Part shown: positions 1 to 9,637 of the stretch, piece by piece | How positions within the stretch are numbered: the stretch's first letter is position 1 | Layout of the letters: each line of letters begins with the position of its first letter | From: Bacillota bacterium | GTDB lineage: Bacteria; Bacillota; Clostridia; Christensenellales; CAG-138 | Assembly (NCBI GenBank): GCA_016282255.1 | Contig: JAEEKE010000026.1 | Span: 19,990 to 83,989 of the forward strand | DNA: 64,000 nucleotides | Direction of reading: 5' to 3' | Notes under the pieces: generated by a model | Told to the model about the DNA's origin: nothing | Database searches by the model: none | The model's input: the letters and a program-made list of their open reading frames with translations, nothing else | Position numbers and translations under genes: made by a program

Positions 1-1553
1 CGCTCTCCTTCGCGGCCTCCGAGGGCAACACCTGCCTGCCGCTCGATACGCTCGTGATGTTCGCGGCGAACAACGTGCTCGGCATCGATCACGAGACCGT
101 ATCCGCCGTGACCGAGAACATGATCCTCAACAACGAGCTTGCAAGAAAGCAGATCGACGGTACCGAATACGTCTTTCTTAAATCGATGCATTTCCTCGAG
201 CTCGATTCCGCGGTCCTGCTTTCGGGCATAATCGATTCCGTCGCGCCGATGCCCCTGTTCGACATCGACGATGCGATCTCAAAGCTTGAAAAGAAGTTCG
301 GCGCAAAGCTCGCTTCGGCGCAGCGCGACGCGGTAAAGACCAGCATGACCGAGGGCGTGCTCGTGGTCACCGGCGGCCCGGGAACGGGCAAGACCACGAT
401 ACTTCGCTTTATAATAGACCTGCTCGAATCGCAGGCTATGGAATACGAGCTTGCTGCCCCCACGGGGCGTGCCGCGAAGCGCATAACCGACACTACGGGC
501 AGGGAAGCGAGGACCATCCACAGGCTGCTCGAATACAATGCCCAGACCGAAAAGTTCAATCATGACGAGGACTATCCGCTCGAAACGGACGCAATTATCG
601 TCGACGAGATGTCGATGGTCGATATCCCGCTGTTCCATTCGCTGCTCAAGGCGATCAGCCCCGGCACGCGGCTCATCATGGTGGGCGACGTCGACCAGCT
701 CCCGTCGGTCGGACCCGGCAACGTCCTTAAGGACGTCGTATCCTCAAACGTCATTCCGGTCATCCGCCTCAACGAGATCTTCCGCCAGGCGGGCAGGAGC
801 CGCATAGTCACGAACGCGCACCTTGTCAACGGCGGCAGGATGCCCGTGCTCGACCGCGAGGAGGACGACTTCCAGTTTTACGACTGTCCGACAGTTGACG
901 TCGCGCTCAATTCCGTGCTCAATCTTGCGGGCGACTACGCCTTCCTCGGCAAATCGAACGAGCTGCAGGTGCTTTCCCCGATGAAATCGAACCTGCTCGG
1001 AGTATTCAACCTCAATGCGAGGCTGCAGCAGGAGCTCAACCCGCCGTCGGTCCGAAAGCACGAGGTCAGCTTTTCCGACACGGTCTTCCGCGAGGGCGAC
1101 CGCGTCATGCAGATCCGCAACAACTACGACCTTGAGTGGACGAAGAGCACTAAGGGCAAGCTCGATTCGGAGGGTACCGGCGTCTTCAACGGCGATATCG
1201 GCACCGTTTTGAAGATAGACAACACCAACAAATTCCTGACCGTGCTTTTTGACGACGAGCGCCAGGCGGATTATAACTTCACCCAGCTCGAGGAGCTTGA
1301 GCTCGCCTACTGCATCTCGGTCCACAAGAGCCAGGGCAGCGAATTTCCCTGCGTAGTATTGCCCCTTGTCAGCGGCCCGAACATGCTGTTCAACCGCAAC
1401 ATACTTTACACGGCCATAACCCGGGCAAGGGACAGGGTCTTCATCCTCGGCACGGCGGACTGCGTTGAAAGGATGATCCGCAACACGAACGTCCGCAAGC
1501 GTTACAGCGCGCTTTGCGCATTCCTTACCGAGCGGAAGGAAATCGACGCGTGA
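1..1553 (+). CDS. recD2: ATP-dependent RecD-like DNA helicase (RecD2), 5'-truncated by window edge
   Basis: Frame is open from base 3 with no upstream stop. Walker A GGPGTGKT, Walker B IVDEMSMVD, SF1 motifs VGDVDQLPSVGPG and SVHKSQGSEF, C-terminal YTAITRAR. Confidence 0.9.
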   Translation, partial: LSFAASEGNTCLPLDTLVMFAANNVLGIDHETVSAVTENMILNNELARKQIDGTEYVFLKSMHFLELDSAVLLSGIIDSVAPMPLFDIDDAISKLEKKFGAKLASAQRDAVKTSMTEGVLVVTGGPGTGKTTILRFIIDLLESQAMEYELAAPTGRAAKRITDTTGREARTIHRLLEYNAQTEKFNHDEDYPLETDAIIVDEMSMVDIPLFHSLLKAISPGTRLIMVGDVDQLPSVGPGNVLKDVVSSNVIPVIRLNEIFRQAGRSRIVTNAHLVNGGRMPVLDREEDDFQFYDCPTVDVALNSVLNLAGDYAFLGKSNELQVLSPMKSNLLGVFNLNARLQQELNPPSVRKHEVSFSDTVFREGDRVMQIRNNYDLEWTKSTKGKLDSEGTGVFNGDIGTVLKIDNTNKFLTVLFDDERQADYNFTQLEELELAYCISVHKSQGSEFPCVVLPLVSGPNMLFNRNILYTAITRARDRVFILGTADCVERMIRNTNVRKRYSALCAFLTERKEIDA

Positions 1554-2212
1554 ATAAGGCGGAGCTGAAAAAGCTGATACTCGATATCCTGCTGCCGCAG
1601 CATTTGAAATGCCATTCATGCGGACGCGAGGCGATCGTCAACGATCACGGCGTCTGCAGCGAGTGCGAAAGCAAGGTGCTGTTCGTACCCGAGACCGCCG
1701 GGATACAGGGCGTGGACGGCTTCGTATCCGGTATGCAGTATAACGACGTCGCAAGGCGCGCGATGATACCGTTCAAGTATAACGGCGCGGTCTATAAAAA
1801 GGAGTTCCTGACGCACTATATCCGCATCCCGGAGAGCTGGAGCTTCGACTGCTTCGTTCCCGTGCCGCTGCACCCGAAGCGCCAGAGGAAGCGCGGCTAT
1901 AATCAGAGCGAGATAATCGCAAACGCGCTGGCCGAGCGGTACCCGCACCCAGTGCGCACCGAGCTGCTTGAAAGGCTGAGGGATACGCCAAAGCAGGCGA
2001 GAATGACGAAAAAGGAGCGCCTAAAGAACGTTAAGCATGCCTTCCGCGCTTCCGATGCCGTCAGCGGGCTTTCTATCGTTCTCGTCGACGACGTAAGGAC
2101 CACGGGCGCGACCCTGTTTGAATGCGCTGCGGAGCTCAAACGCAGGGGAGCCGCAAGGGTGTATGCCGTCACCGCATGCTGCTCCATGATGGAGGTCAAT
2201 AATGGAAACTGA
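1550..2212 (+). CDS. comFC: ComF family protein (phosphoribosyltransferase-like, ComFC type)
   Basis: GTG at 1550 overlaps the recD2 stop (GTGA). N-terminal CxxC...CxxC zinc finger (CHSCGRE, CSEC) and PRTase motif VLVDDVRTTGATL. Confidence 0.85.
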   Translation: MNKAELKKLILDILLPQHLKCHSCGREAIVNDHGVCSECESKVLFVPETAGIQGVDGFVSGMQYNDVARRAMIPFKYNGAVYKKEFLTHYIRIPESWSFDCFVPVPLHPKRQRKRGYNQSEIIANALAERYPHPVRTELLERLRDTPKQARMTKKERLKNVKHAFRASDAVSGLSIVLVDDVRTTGATLFECAAELKRRGAARVYAVTACCSMMEVNNGN

Positions 2213-2723
2213 GATAATCTTCAGAGAGATGACGCTTTCCGATATCGAACAGGTCTACCTGATAGAATGCGCGACCTTCTCCCAGCCCTGGAGCGTCGAA
2301 TCGCTGATCGGCGAGCTGACGCGCAACAGCGACGTGGCCTATTACGTCGTCGCGGAAGCGGAGGGGAAGATCGTCGGCTACGCCGGCACCTGGATCCTGT
2401 TCGACGAAGCGCATATGACGAATATCGCCGTTGTGCCCGAGTTCAGGCGCAGGCATGTGGCAACGAACATAATCCTCGCCATGATGCGTGAGGCCCGCCG
2501 CCGCGGCGCCTCGTGCATGACGCTCGAGGTGCGCGAGTTCAATTTCAAGGCGCAGAACCTCTACGCCTCGCTCGGCTTTGAAAAGGTCGGCGTCAGACGC
2601 AGGTATTACAGCGACACCGGCGAAAACGCCCTTATACTCTGGAACCGCGATATTATCGGAACGCTTGAAAAACACGAAAACCCGCAGCAGGAAAAGCAAA
2701 CAATGACTGAAGTCATTCAATAA
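2202..2723 (+). CDS. rimI: GNAT N-acetyltransferase, ribosomal-protein-alanine acetyltransferase RimI type
   Basis: ATG overlaps the comFC 3' end. Acetyl-CoA binding region IAVVPEFRRRHVATNI..., size typical of RimI; C-terminal tail about 25 aa longer than usual. Confidence 0.75.
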   Translation: METEIIFREMTLSDIEQVYLIECATFSQPWSVESLIGELTRNSDVAYYVVAEAEGKIVGYAGTWILFDEAHMTNIAVVPEFRRRHVATNIILAMMREARRRGASCMTLEVREFNFKAQNLYASLGFEKVGVRRRYYSDTGENALILWNRDIIGTLEKHENPQQEKQTMTEVIQ

Positions 2724-2746
2724 ATGAAAATTTGGAGGATAAACAG

Positions 2747-3124
2747 ATGAAACAGGTAGTCAATGCTGAGAATGCACCCCAGGCGATCGGTCCCTACAGC
2801 CATGCCGTAAAGGTCGGCAAGATGGTATTCACCTCCGGTCAGATCGGCCTCAATCCCGATACCGGCGCGCTGGTCCAGGGCGTTGAAGCACAGACCGTGC
2901 AGGCTATCACCAACCTCAAAGCCGTGCTCGAAGCGGCCGGTTCGTCCCTGCAGGGCATCGTAAAGACGACGGTCTTCGTTAAGAATATGGCCGATTTTGC
3001 GCAGGTCAACAAGCTCTACGGCATGCTGATCCCCGAGCCCTTCCCGGCAAGGAGCTGCGTGGAAGTCGCGGCGCTGCCCGCCGGTGCGCTCGTCGAGATC
3101 GAAGCGATGGCGGTCGTGCTGTAA
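2747..3124 (+). CDS. ridA: RidA/YjgF family reactive-intermediate deaminase
   Basis: GGAGG lies 7 nt upstream of ATG 2747. N-terminus APQAIGPYSHAV and C-terminus SCVEVAALPAGALVEIEA are hallmark RidA motifs. Confidence 0.9.
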   Translation: MKQVVNAENAPQAIGPYSHAVKVGKMVFTSGQIGLNPDTGALVQGVEAQTVQAITNLKAVLEAAGSSLQGIVKTTVFVKNMADFAQVNKLYGMLIPEPFPARSCVEVAALPAGALVEIEAMAVVL

Positions 3125-3127
3125 GGA

Positions 3128-4636
3128 ATGGAGTCGGCTCCCGAAACGAGGCAGAGGCTGTTCAACCACCGCCCGATGTTTGCGGCGGCGCTTGCGCTGA
3201 TGCTCGGCATAGCGGCGGCGGGTCTTTTGGAACCCCTCGGCGCCGTGATAATCGCCTCGGTGCTCATCGTTTCGGCGGCGGTCTCATTCATTCTCAGGTA
3301 CAGGCGCATAGTTCCGTTCATCCTGCTGGCCGCGCTGGGCCTTCTGCTCGCCGTGCTTTCGCTCCCGACCGAATTCACAGCGGGGATATATACGCTTCAA
3401 GGAACGGTCGTCGACTGCCGCAGAGGCGACGAAGGGCCCGTGCTGGTTCTCAAAAACGTCACGCTCAACGGTGAAAGCATCAATAAACGGGCGGAACTGA
3501 CTTTGAAGCAGGCCGATGCGAAGGTCGGCGACAGGATAGAGAGCAGCGCCTATGCAAGGCTTCCGTCAAAGCGCTTCGGCACCTACGATGAGCTTAAGAA
3601 CAAGCTCGCTTCGGGCGTCGGATGCATCGCAAGGTCGGATTCGGCTGCGGTCCTTTCAAGCCGCAACGCTCCTTTTACGGAGTTCGTTTCGGGCGTCAGG
3701 GAGGCTGCCGAAAGACGTATTTCGGCAGTATTCGAGAGCGACGCCGGAATCTTCTCCGCGCTGATCCTCGGGAACAAGCAGGAGATAGGGGAGGAGCGTT
3801 ATTCGGTCTTCAGGCTGGCCGGAACGGCGCATCTGCTCGCGATATCGGGCTTCCACATGGGCATAGCCGCGTCGTGCATCACGATGTTGATACCGCGGCG
3901 CAGGCAACTCTTAAGGCTCGTTGTCACGAGCATCGCGATGCTCGTCTACTGCACCGTTGCGGCCTACGCGCCGGGCTTCGTGCGCGCGGCGATCATGATG
4001 TTCTTCGTGCTGCTGGCCGACTGCCTCGGCAGGCAGAGCGATATGCTTTCGTCGCTCGGCACCGCGGCGGTGCTGATCCTCGTGTTCGAGCCGTACCAGC
4101 TCTATTCCGTCGGATTCAGGCTTTCGTTTGCCGCATGCTTCGGTATAGCGCTGCTTGCGCGCTCGCTCGGTGAATTCGGGCAAAGGATCCGTATCCCTCG
4201 CGGCATAGCATCGGCCGCGGCGGCGAGCACGGCTGCGGTCGCGGGCACTTTCGCGCTGCAGCTGAGGTATTACAGCAGCTTTTCGCCGTATACGGTCATA
4301 ACGAATCTCGTGGCGATCCCGCTGTTCGCGGCCGTCGTGGTGCTCGGCCTGATCGCGACCGCGGCCGCATTCATATTCCTTCCCGCGGCGCAGGTGATAG
4401 CCGTCGTCCCAAGGGCGATCCTGTTCGTTTGTGAAAGGTTCATGGACCTGATGAACAAGCTTCCGCTTGCGACTGCGGAATTCGCTCCCTGCCCGATCGC
4501 GGCGGTGATCATCTGGCTTATCATGCTGTTCTGTCTATCGGAGTACACGCTGCTTCCGCTCAGAAGGAGGGCGGTCATAGCCGTTTCACTGCTAACCCTG
4601 TTCACGGCCGTCTACGTTATAGGTATTGCTGTATGA
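3128..4636 (+). CDS. comEC: ComEC/Rec2 family DNA-internalisation channel protein (short form, no metallo-beta-lactamase domain)
   Basis: Polytopic membrane protein with the competence-domain motif GTAHLLAISGFHMG. It ends in TM helices at 502 aa and no HxHxDH motif is visible. Confidence 0.85.
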   Translation: MESAPETRQRLFNHRPMFAAALALMLGIAAAGLLEPLGAVIIASVLIVSAAVSFILRYRRIVPFILLAALGLLLAVLSLPTEFTAGIYTLQGTVVDCRRGDEGPVLVLKNVTLNGESINKRAELTLKQADAKVGDRIESSAYARLPSKRFGTYDELKNKLASGVGCIARSDSAAVLSSRNAPFTEFVSGVREAAERRISAVFESDAGIFSALILGNKQEIGEERYSVFRLAGTAHLLAISGFHMGIAASCITMLIPRRRQLLRLVVTSIAMLVYCTVAAYAPGFVRAAIMMFFVLLADCLGRQSDMLSSLGTAAVLILVFEPYQLYSVGFRLSFAACFGIALLARSLGEFGQRIRIPRGIASAAAASTAAVAGTFALQLRYYSSFSPYTVITNLVAIPLFAAVVVLGLIATAAAFIFLPAAQVIAVVPRAILFVCERFMDLMNKLPLATAEFAPCPIAAVIIWLIMLFCLSEYTLLPLRRRAVIAVSLLTLFTAVYVIGIAV

Positions 4637-5628
4637 AAAAAGAGAGATTCTCGGAACTGATAAATAAAGGGGAGATCGACGGCGCGTATCTGCTGCACGG
4701 CGACGAAGGCTTCTTCATGGACGCCGCGATAAAGTCGGCCCAAATGCTGATACCCGAGGATCTGAGTCCTTTCAATCTGACAGTACTCCGCGAGCCGGAT
4801 ACCGAGGCGCTGACAACGGCCTGCGAAACGCTGCCCCTGTTTTCAAATAAAACGCTCGTCGTTTCATACGGCCTTGCCAAGGCTTCCGACAGCAAGCCTT
4901 TACTGGAATACCTGCCGAAAATGTCTCCGTCGACGGTCCTTTTCCTCTGCTTTAAGGAGAAACTCGCGAATACCTCGGCCTTGCTCAAATACTTTGCCGC
5001 CGCCGATCGCGAGGTGCTTTTCGATACGGCGACGGCGGGGGAGGCGCTCAGGTGGTGCGTCAAGACCGCATCAAGGCAGGGCGTCAAGCTTGAAAACAGG
5101 GATGCAAAGCTCTTTATAGAGACGGTCGGAACGGATATGTCGAACGTCAGGAACGAGCTTCAAAAGCTGATCGACCGCGTCGGCAAGGGCGGCACGATAA
5201 GCGAGGAGCTGATAAGGAAGGACGTTATCGGCAATATCGAAACCAAGAGCTTCCTGATGCTCGATAAGTTCATCGGAGGAAATGTAAACGACGGTATGAG
5301 GGAGCTCAACAAGCTGCTCAATGAAAGCCGCGAGGCACCGGGTCAGATAGTGGGCTTCCTCGAATCGAGGTTCCGCCTGATGCTGCAGCAAAAGCTCCTT
5401 ATGGAGCAGGGACTGTCGCCCGCGCAGGCGGCGGCTAAGTTCGAGGGCAGCCGCTTCGCAAACGAGATGGCGGCGAAGTCCGCGTCGAAGTTTTCAAGAG
5501 CCGATCTTGAGCAGCTGCTCGGCAGGTTCACCCTCATCATGTACAACAAGCTTTCGGGCGAGCAGGACCCCGCCGAAGCCGCCGAAGCCGCTATGCTCGG
5601 GTTCGATTGGAGCAGGCTGAAAAAGTGA
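4633..5628 (+). CDS. holA: DNA polymerase III delta subunit
   Basis: ATGA overlap with the comEC stop. Conserved comEC-holA-(rpsT) gene order of Firmicutes. Size and N-terminal pattern fit HolA (YLLHGDEGFF). Confidence 0.85.
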   Translation: MKKERFSELINKGEIDGAYLLHGDEGFFMDAAIKSAQMLIPEDLSPFNLTVLREPDTEALTTACETLPLFSNKTLVVSYGLAKASDSKPLLEYLPKMSPSTVLFLCFKEKLANTSALLKYFAAADREVLFDTATAGEALRWCVKTASRQGVKLENRDAKLFIETVGTDMSNVRNELQKLIDRVGKGGTISEELIRKDVIGNIETKSFLMLDKFIGGNVNDGMRELNKLLNESREAPGQIVGFLESRFRLMLQQKLLMEQGLSPAQAAAKFEGSRFANEMAAKSASKFSRADLEQLLGRFTLIMYNKLSGEQDPAEAAEAAMLGFDWSRLKK

Positions 5629-5638
5629 AAAGCATACT

Positions 5639-5678
5639 AAAAGACCGACCCTGATTCTATGGGGCCGGTCTTATTTTA
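5639..5678. terminator. Bidirectional rho-independent terminator between holA and rpsT
   Basis: Stem AAGACCGACCC / GGGGCCGGTCTT (one mismatch), flanked by an A-run upstream and ATTTTAT downstream. It lies between convergent genes. Confidence 0.6.
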
Positions 5679-5701
5679 TGGTCGATCAAATGCGATAAAC
5701 C

Positions 5702-5962
5702 TTATTTGGCATCGTGCTTTTTTGCAAGCTGAGCCTTTTTGCGATTGGCTGCGTTCTTATGGATAACGCCCTTGGTGACAGCTTTGTCTACCATGCTGAC
5801 TGCATCGGTATATGCCTTCTCGATCGCAGCTTCATCGTTAGACTCCAAAGCCTTGTCAAACTTCTTGATAGCGGTCTTGGTGGAGGAGAGGATCATGCGG
5901 TTACGCATATTCTCTTCGCGGCTGATCAGAACGCGCTTCATTGCTGACTTAATGTTTGCCAA
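5702..5962 (-). CDS. rpsT: 30S ribosomal protein S20
   Basis: MANIKSAMKRV... is the canonical S20 N-terminus. 86 aa and basic. GGAGGTG RBS upstream. Confidence 0.95.
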   Translation of the reverse strand: MANIKSAMKRVLISREENMRNRMILSSTKTAIKKFDKALESNDEAAIEKAYTDAVSMVDKAVTKGVIHKNAANRKKAQLAKKHDAK

Positions 5963-5998
5963 ATCGGTTCACCTCCTTGTTAGTACTCAAACATTATT

Positions 5999-6027
5999 AT
6001 TATAGCACCGCCGTTTTCAACTTGCAA
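5999..6027 (-). promoter_or_regulatory. Putative sigma-A promoter of rpsT
   Basis: On the minus strand, TTGCAA, a 17-nt spacer, then TATAAT (-10 at 5999-6004, -35 at 6022-6027). Confidence 0.5.
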
Positions 6028-6132
6028 GAGCAATTATTGAAAAACCGTCAATATATTTGAATTCCCGAGTGCGGCATGTAGTATTTTACGCTCATTGCGG
6101 CAGAATAAGAGTATCAAAAGCGGAGGACTGAA

Positions 6133-7023
6133 ATGGAAGGTATCTATACCGACCTTGCGGCGGAGCTCAGGGAGCTCGACCCCGATATCGAGGGGATAAG
6201 CGAAAAGGAGGAGACCGACGGCGAAATACTGATAAAGCGAGTCGGCATCTTTACCGAAAGCGCGGCAAAGAAGGTCAATAAGGCCATGGGAAACTATATC
6301 ACTCTCGAAGCCGACGCGCTTTCCGCCCGGCCGCAGGAGCTTTTCAGGGCGGTCTCCGCGCGCCTCGGAGCGGAGCTTAAAAGCCTTCTTAGGTTCGGCG
6401 TCGAATCCGCGTGCATCCTCGTTGTAGGCCTCGGCAACAGGGCGGTCACTCCGGACTCGCTCGGGCCGAGAACGGTGGAAAAGGTTTACGTTACGCGGCA
6501 CGTTAAGCGCTATATCCCGGAGGCGTTCAGTGCCGGCGTGCCTTCCGTGGCGGCCATCGCGCCGGGCGTGCTAGGCATGACGGGCGTCGAAACGACGGAT
6601 ATCATTAAGGGCGTGACCGAAAGGACGCATCCGAACTGCATCATCGCCGTGGACGCGCTCGCATCGAGGCGCGCGGAAAGGATAAGCAGCACCATACAGC
6701 TGTCGGACAGCGGTATAACACCGGGCTCCGGCGTAGGCAACCGACGGGAGGACGTCTCCGAAAGAACGCTAGGGGTGCCAGTGATAGCGATAGGCGTGCC
6801 CACAGTCGTGCGCGCCTCGACCATCGCAAGGGATATCATCGAAAGCCGGCCGGGATACAGCGTACCGGCGGAAACGGAGCCGGACGACCGTTTCGACGGG
6901 CTGATAGTGACCCCGAAGGAGATCGATTCGATAATCGAGGATATGTCGGGCATAATTGCGGACGCGATCAATATCGCGCTTTTCGGCGATTCGGTCGGAG
7001 AAGTCAGAAACATTCTCGCATGA
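6133..7023 (+). CDS. gpr: GPR endopeptidase (spore germination protease)
   Basis: N-terminus YTDLAAE, conserved blocks VGLGN..VTPDSLGP and IAVDALA, and the position next to rpsT/holA typical of spore formers. Confidence 0.85.
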   Translation: MEGIYTDLAAELRELDPDIEGISEKEETDGEILIKRVGIFTESAAKKVNKAMGNYITLEADALSARPQELFRAVSARLGAELKSLLRFGVESACILVVGLGNRAVTPDSLGPRTVEKVYVTRHVKRYIPEAFSAGVPSVAAIAPGVLGMTGVETTDIIKGVTERTHPNCIIAVDALASRRAERISSTIQLSDSGITPGSGVGNRREDVSERTLGVPVIAIGVPTVVRASTIARDIIESRPGYSVPAETEPDDRFDGLIVTPKEIDSIIEDMSGIIADAINIALFGDSVGEVRNILA

Positions 7024-7048
7024 AAAAAGAGCGGCGTACCGCTCTTTT
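7024..7048. terminator. Bidirectional terminator between gpr and rqcH
   Basis: AAAAGAGCGG cgta CCGCTCTTTT, a perfect 10-bp stem including A/T runs, between convergent genes. Confidence 0.65.
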
Positions 7049-7059
7049 CCATACTGGGA

Positions 7060-8823
7060 TCATTTGCCTTTTTTCAGCTTTTCCGGCGTCCTTTCGCTCG
7101 GGGTGACGTACAGGGTTCGGTTATTCGTATAGATTGCCATTCCGGGTTTTGCCCCCGAGGGCTTGTGCACGAATTTGCGGCGGGTATAGTCGACCGGCAC
7201 GGCCGAGGAGCTGCGCGCCTGCGAATAGTACGCGGCAAGCTCGGCGGCCTCGAGCAGGGTCTCATCGCCGATCTCCTTCCTCAGCGCCTTGATTATGACG
7301 TGCGAACCGTGGATATCCTTGGTATGCAGCCAGATATCGTCGGCTGCCGCGGTCTTGAAGGTCAGCCTGTCGTTCTGCGTGTTGTTTTTGCCGACATAGA
7401 TATCCGTGCCGTCCGAGGAGATGAAATGCAGGGGCTTCGCCGGAGGCAGTTTAAACTGCTTTGCGGCGTTAGAGCGAACGTGGATATAGCCTCCGAGCAT
7501 CAATTCGTTTCGGATCTCGTCGAAATCGGAATCGGTCACGCAGCCCGAAAGATCGGAATAAACGCCCTTTAGATATTCAAGTTCTTCCTTCGTCTCCTTA
7601 TACTTCACCGTGGCGATATCCCGCGCGGACTTCGCCTTCCTGTATTTTTTATAATACTGCTGGGCATTCTCGGCCGCGCTGCGCGTCGGATCCAAGGGAA
7701 TGGAGACGGGCGCGGGCGGGTCGAGATAGTAGTTTTCAACTGTCGCTTCCCTGCTTCCCGAGGGGACAGCATACATATAGGCCGTCAGCAGCTCGCCGCA
7801 GAGCTTGAGGCGCTCGATCTCGTCTTCATCGCCGATCGACAGCGAGAAGCGGTCCAGCTTGCGCTCAAGCCTTTGGATCGCGTTGGTCAGCACCTTGTCG
7901 ATGGAAGCGGTTCTGCGCTTGACGCTTTCATCCTGAGCCCGCAGCCGATAGAACTCTTCGGCGGCCGCCGAGACCGAATCGAAGCTCTCGATCCTGTCGT
8001 CAAGAACGGGCTCGGGCGTAAAGGGCAAAAGGATGCGCTTACTGCCGCGCTGGAGTATGCAGGCCTTTTCGCGGCAAGAGAGCAGATCGTCATAGAACGA
8101 AAGTATCTCGGCGGACAGCTCACTCGCCATACGCGTTTTGCCGGAACAAACGGAAGCATATTCCTCACCGAACGCAAAGCGGAGCCTCGATTCGGCATAC
8201 TCGATAAGAAAACCCGCGACGGTGGGGGAGAGCCCGTAGAGCAAGGCCGAAAGCGCTTTGTCGGGGCGCTCCGAATCGATAAGCTTTTCCTCGAGCTGCT
8301 CGGGCGAAGCCTGCCTCGGGTCGAGCTTTTCCTGAACGGCGGGAAGCTCGTAGTTTACACGCGGGAGCACGAGCCGAACGCTGCTCATGCCGGGGGAAAC
8401 GCGCCTGATCGCATCCAAAACGACGCCTTCGGCGTCAACAAGGATGATGTTCGAATAGCGCCCCATGATCTCGCAGGCGAGGGTGAAGCTCGCGCTGTCG
8501 TGCAGCTCGGTAAAGGCGTCGAGCTGCAAAAGCACGATCCTGTCAAGGTTCGGCTGCTCGATCGCACGGATGCGCGCTCCGGTCAGATGCTTGCGAAGCA
8601 GCATCAGGAAATTCGGCGCGTCGATAGGCGAAACGCGCTTCTCATCGGTAAGATGTATCCGGCAGTTTTCCGAGGAGGAGGAGAGCAGCAGCTTCTTCGA
8701 GCCGCCCGGCGTATGCACCGAAAGAAGCAGCTCGTATTTCTCGGGCTGCTGGATCTTCTCTATGCGTCCGCCTATAAGGCATTGGAGCTCCGCAACGGAA
8801 GCCGCTAACGTAAGTCCGTCCAT
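7060..8823 (-). CDS. rqcH: NFACT-family ribosome quality control protein (RqcH / FbpA-like)
   Basis: N-terminus MDGLTLAASVAELQCLIGGRIEKIQQPEKYELLL (NFACT-N), a central coiled coil, and a C-terminal NFACT-R block (DIWLHTKDIHGSHVII). Confidence 0.85.
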   Translation of the reverse strand: MDGLTLAASVAELQCLIGGRIEKIQQPEKYELLLSVHTPGGSKKLLLSSSSENCRIHLTDEKRVSPIDAPNFLMLLRKHLTGARIRAIEQPNLDRIVLLQLDAFTELHDSASFTLACEIMGRYSNIILVDAEGVVLDAIRRVSPGMSSVRLVLPRVNYELPAVQEKLDPRQASPEQLEEKLIDSERPDKALSALLYGLSPTVAGFLIEYAESRLRFAFGEEYASVCSGKTRMASELSAEILSFYDDLLSCREKACILQRGSKRILLPFTPEPVLDDRIESFDSVSAAAEEFYRLRAQDESVKRRTASIDKVLTNAIQRLERKLDRFSLSIGDEDEIERLKLCGELLTAYMYAVPSGSREATVENYYLDPPAPVSIPLDPTRSAAENAQQYYKKYRKAKSARDIATVKYKETKEELEYLKGVYSDLSGCVTDSDFDEIRNELMLGGYIHVRSNAAKQFKLPPAKPLHFISSDGTDIYVGKNNTQNDRLTFKTAAADDIWLHTKDIHGSHVIIKALRKEIGDETLLEAAELAAYYSQARSSSAVPVDYTRRKFVHKPSGAKPGMAIYTNNRTLYVTPSERTPEKLKKGK

Positions 8824-8834
8824 GATCTATAAGT

Positions 8835-8859
8835 ATCCCCCGGAGAACAGCCGGGGGAT
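8835..8859. other. 9-bp GC-rich hairpin between the FAH-family gene and rqcH
   Basis: ATCCCCCGG agaacag CCGGGGGAT. The T-run follows on the + strand only, so its role on the minus-strand transcript (attenuator or processing site) is unclear. Confidence 0.4.
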
Positions 8860-8864
8860 CGTTT

Positions 8865-9626
8865 TTAAATGATATGATTGGTGAGCGTTCCGATACCGCC
8901 GATCACTACCTCGACCGTGTCGCCGCGCTGCATGCTCCCGATACCCTCGGGGGTGCCGGTGGCGATGATATCGCCGGGCAGCAGCGTCATGCCCTCGGTG
9001 ATGAAGCAGATGAGGCTGTCGACGTCGTGCGTCATGAGCGCCGTGTTGGAGCTCTGCCTGACCTCGCCGTTGAGCAGCGTTTTGATATCCGCATGGAAGG
9101 GATCGAGCTCGGTCTCGATATGCGGCCCGATGGGGCAGAAGGTGTCGAAGCCCTTGCCGCGCGTCCACTGCGTGCCCTGCGTGGGCGATTTCTGGATATC
9201 GCGCGCGGTGACGTCGTTGAGACAGGTGTAGCCGAAGACGTATTCGAGGGCATGTCCCTTTTCAACGTGCGAAGCCCGTTTGCCTATCACCACGCCGAGC
9301 TCGCCTTCGAAATCGAGCCGGTGGCTGATGGCGGGGTAGACGACGTTGTCGCCGTGGCCAACGATGCAGGTGTTGGGCTTGATGAAGAGCACGGGCTCGG
9401 GCGGCTGGCCTTCGCCCATCTCGTCGGCATGGGCCTTGTAGTTCTTGCCGATGCAGACGATCTTGGAGGGTTCTGCGGGGGGAAGCAGCTCGACCTCGGC
9501 AATGCCGAGGGTCTCTCCGCTGAATTCGACGGAGCTGTAGGGCTCATGCGCGAGCAGGCGTACGCTGCCCTCCTCAAGCACTGCATAGCGGGGAACGCCG
9601 TTTACGGCGCAGCGGATGATCTTCAT
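8865..9626 (-). CDS. Fumarylacetoacetate hydrolase (FAH) family protein
   Basis: FAH-fold motifs GKNYKAHADEMG, FEGELGVVIGK, CLNDVTARDIQ and GDIIATGTPEGIG. Confidence 0.85.
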   Translation of the reverse strand: MKIIRCAVNGVPRYAVLEEGSVRLLAHEPYSSVEFSGETLGIAEVELLPPAEPSKIVCIGKNYKAHADEMGEGQPPEPVLFIKPNTCIVGHGDNVVYPAISHRLDFEGELGVVIGKRASHVEKGHALEYVFGYTCLNDVTARDIQKSPTQGTQWTRGKGFDTFCPIGPHIETELDPFHADIKTLLNGEVRQSSNTALMTHDVDSLICFITEGMTLLPGDIIATGTPEGIGSMQRGDTVEVVIGGIGTLTNHII

Positions 9627-9637
9627 GGTAAACCTCT

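Noticed and set aside
6040-6132. Forespore sigma-F/sigma-G promoter for gpr
   Set aside because: Such a promoter is expected from Bacillus biology, but TGAATT...CATGTAGTA does not fit the GHATR-N17/18-CATxxTA consensus well enough to call.
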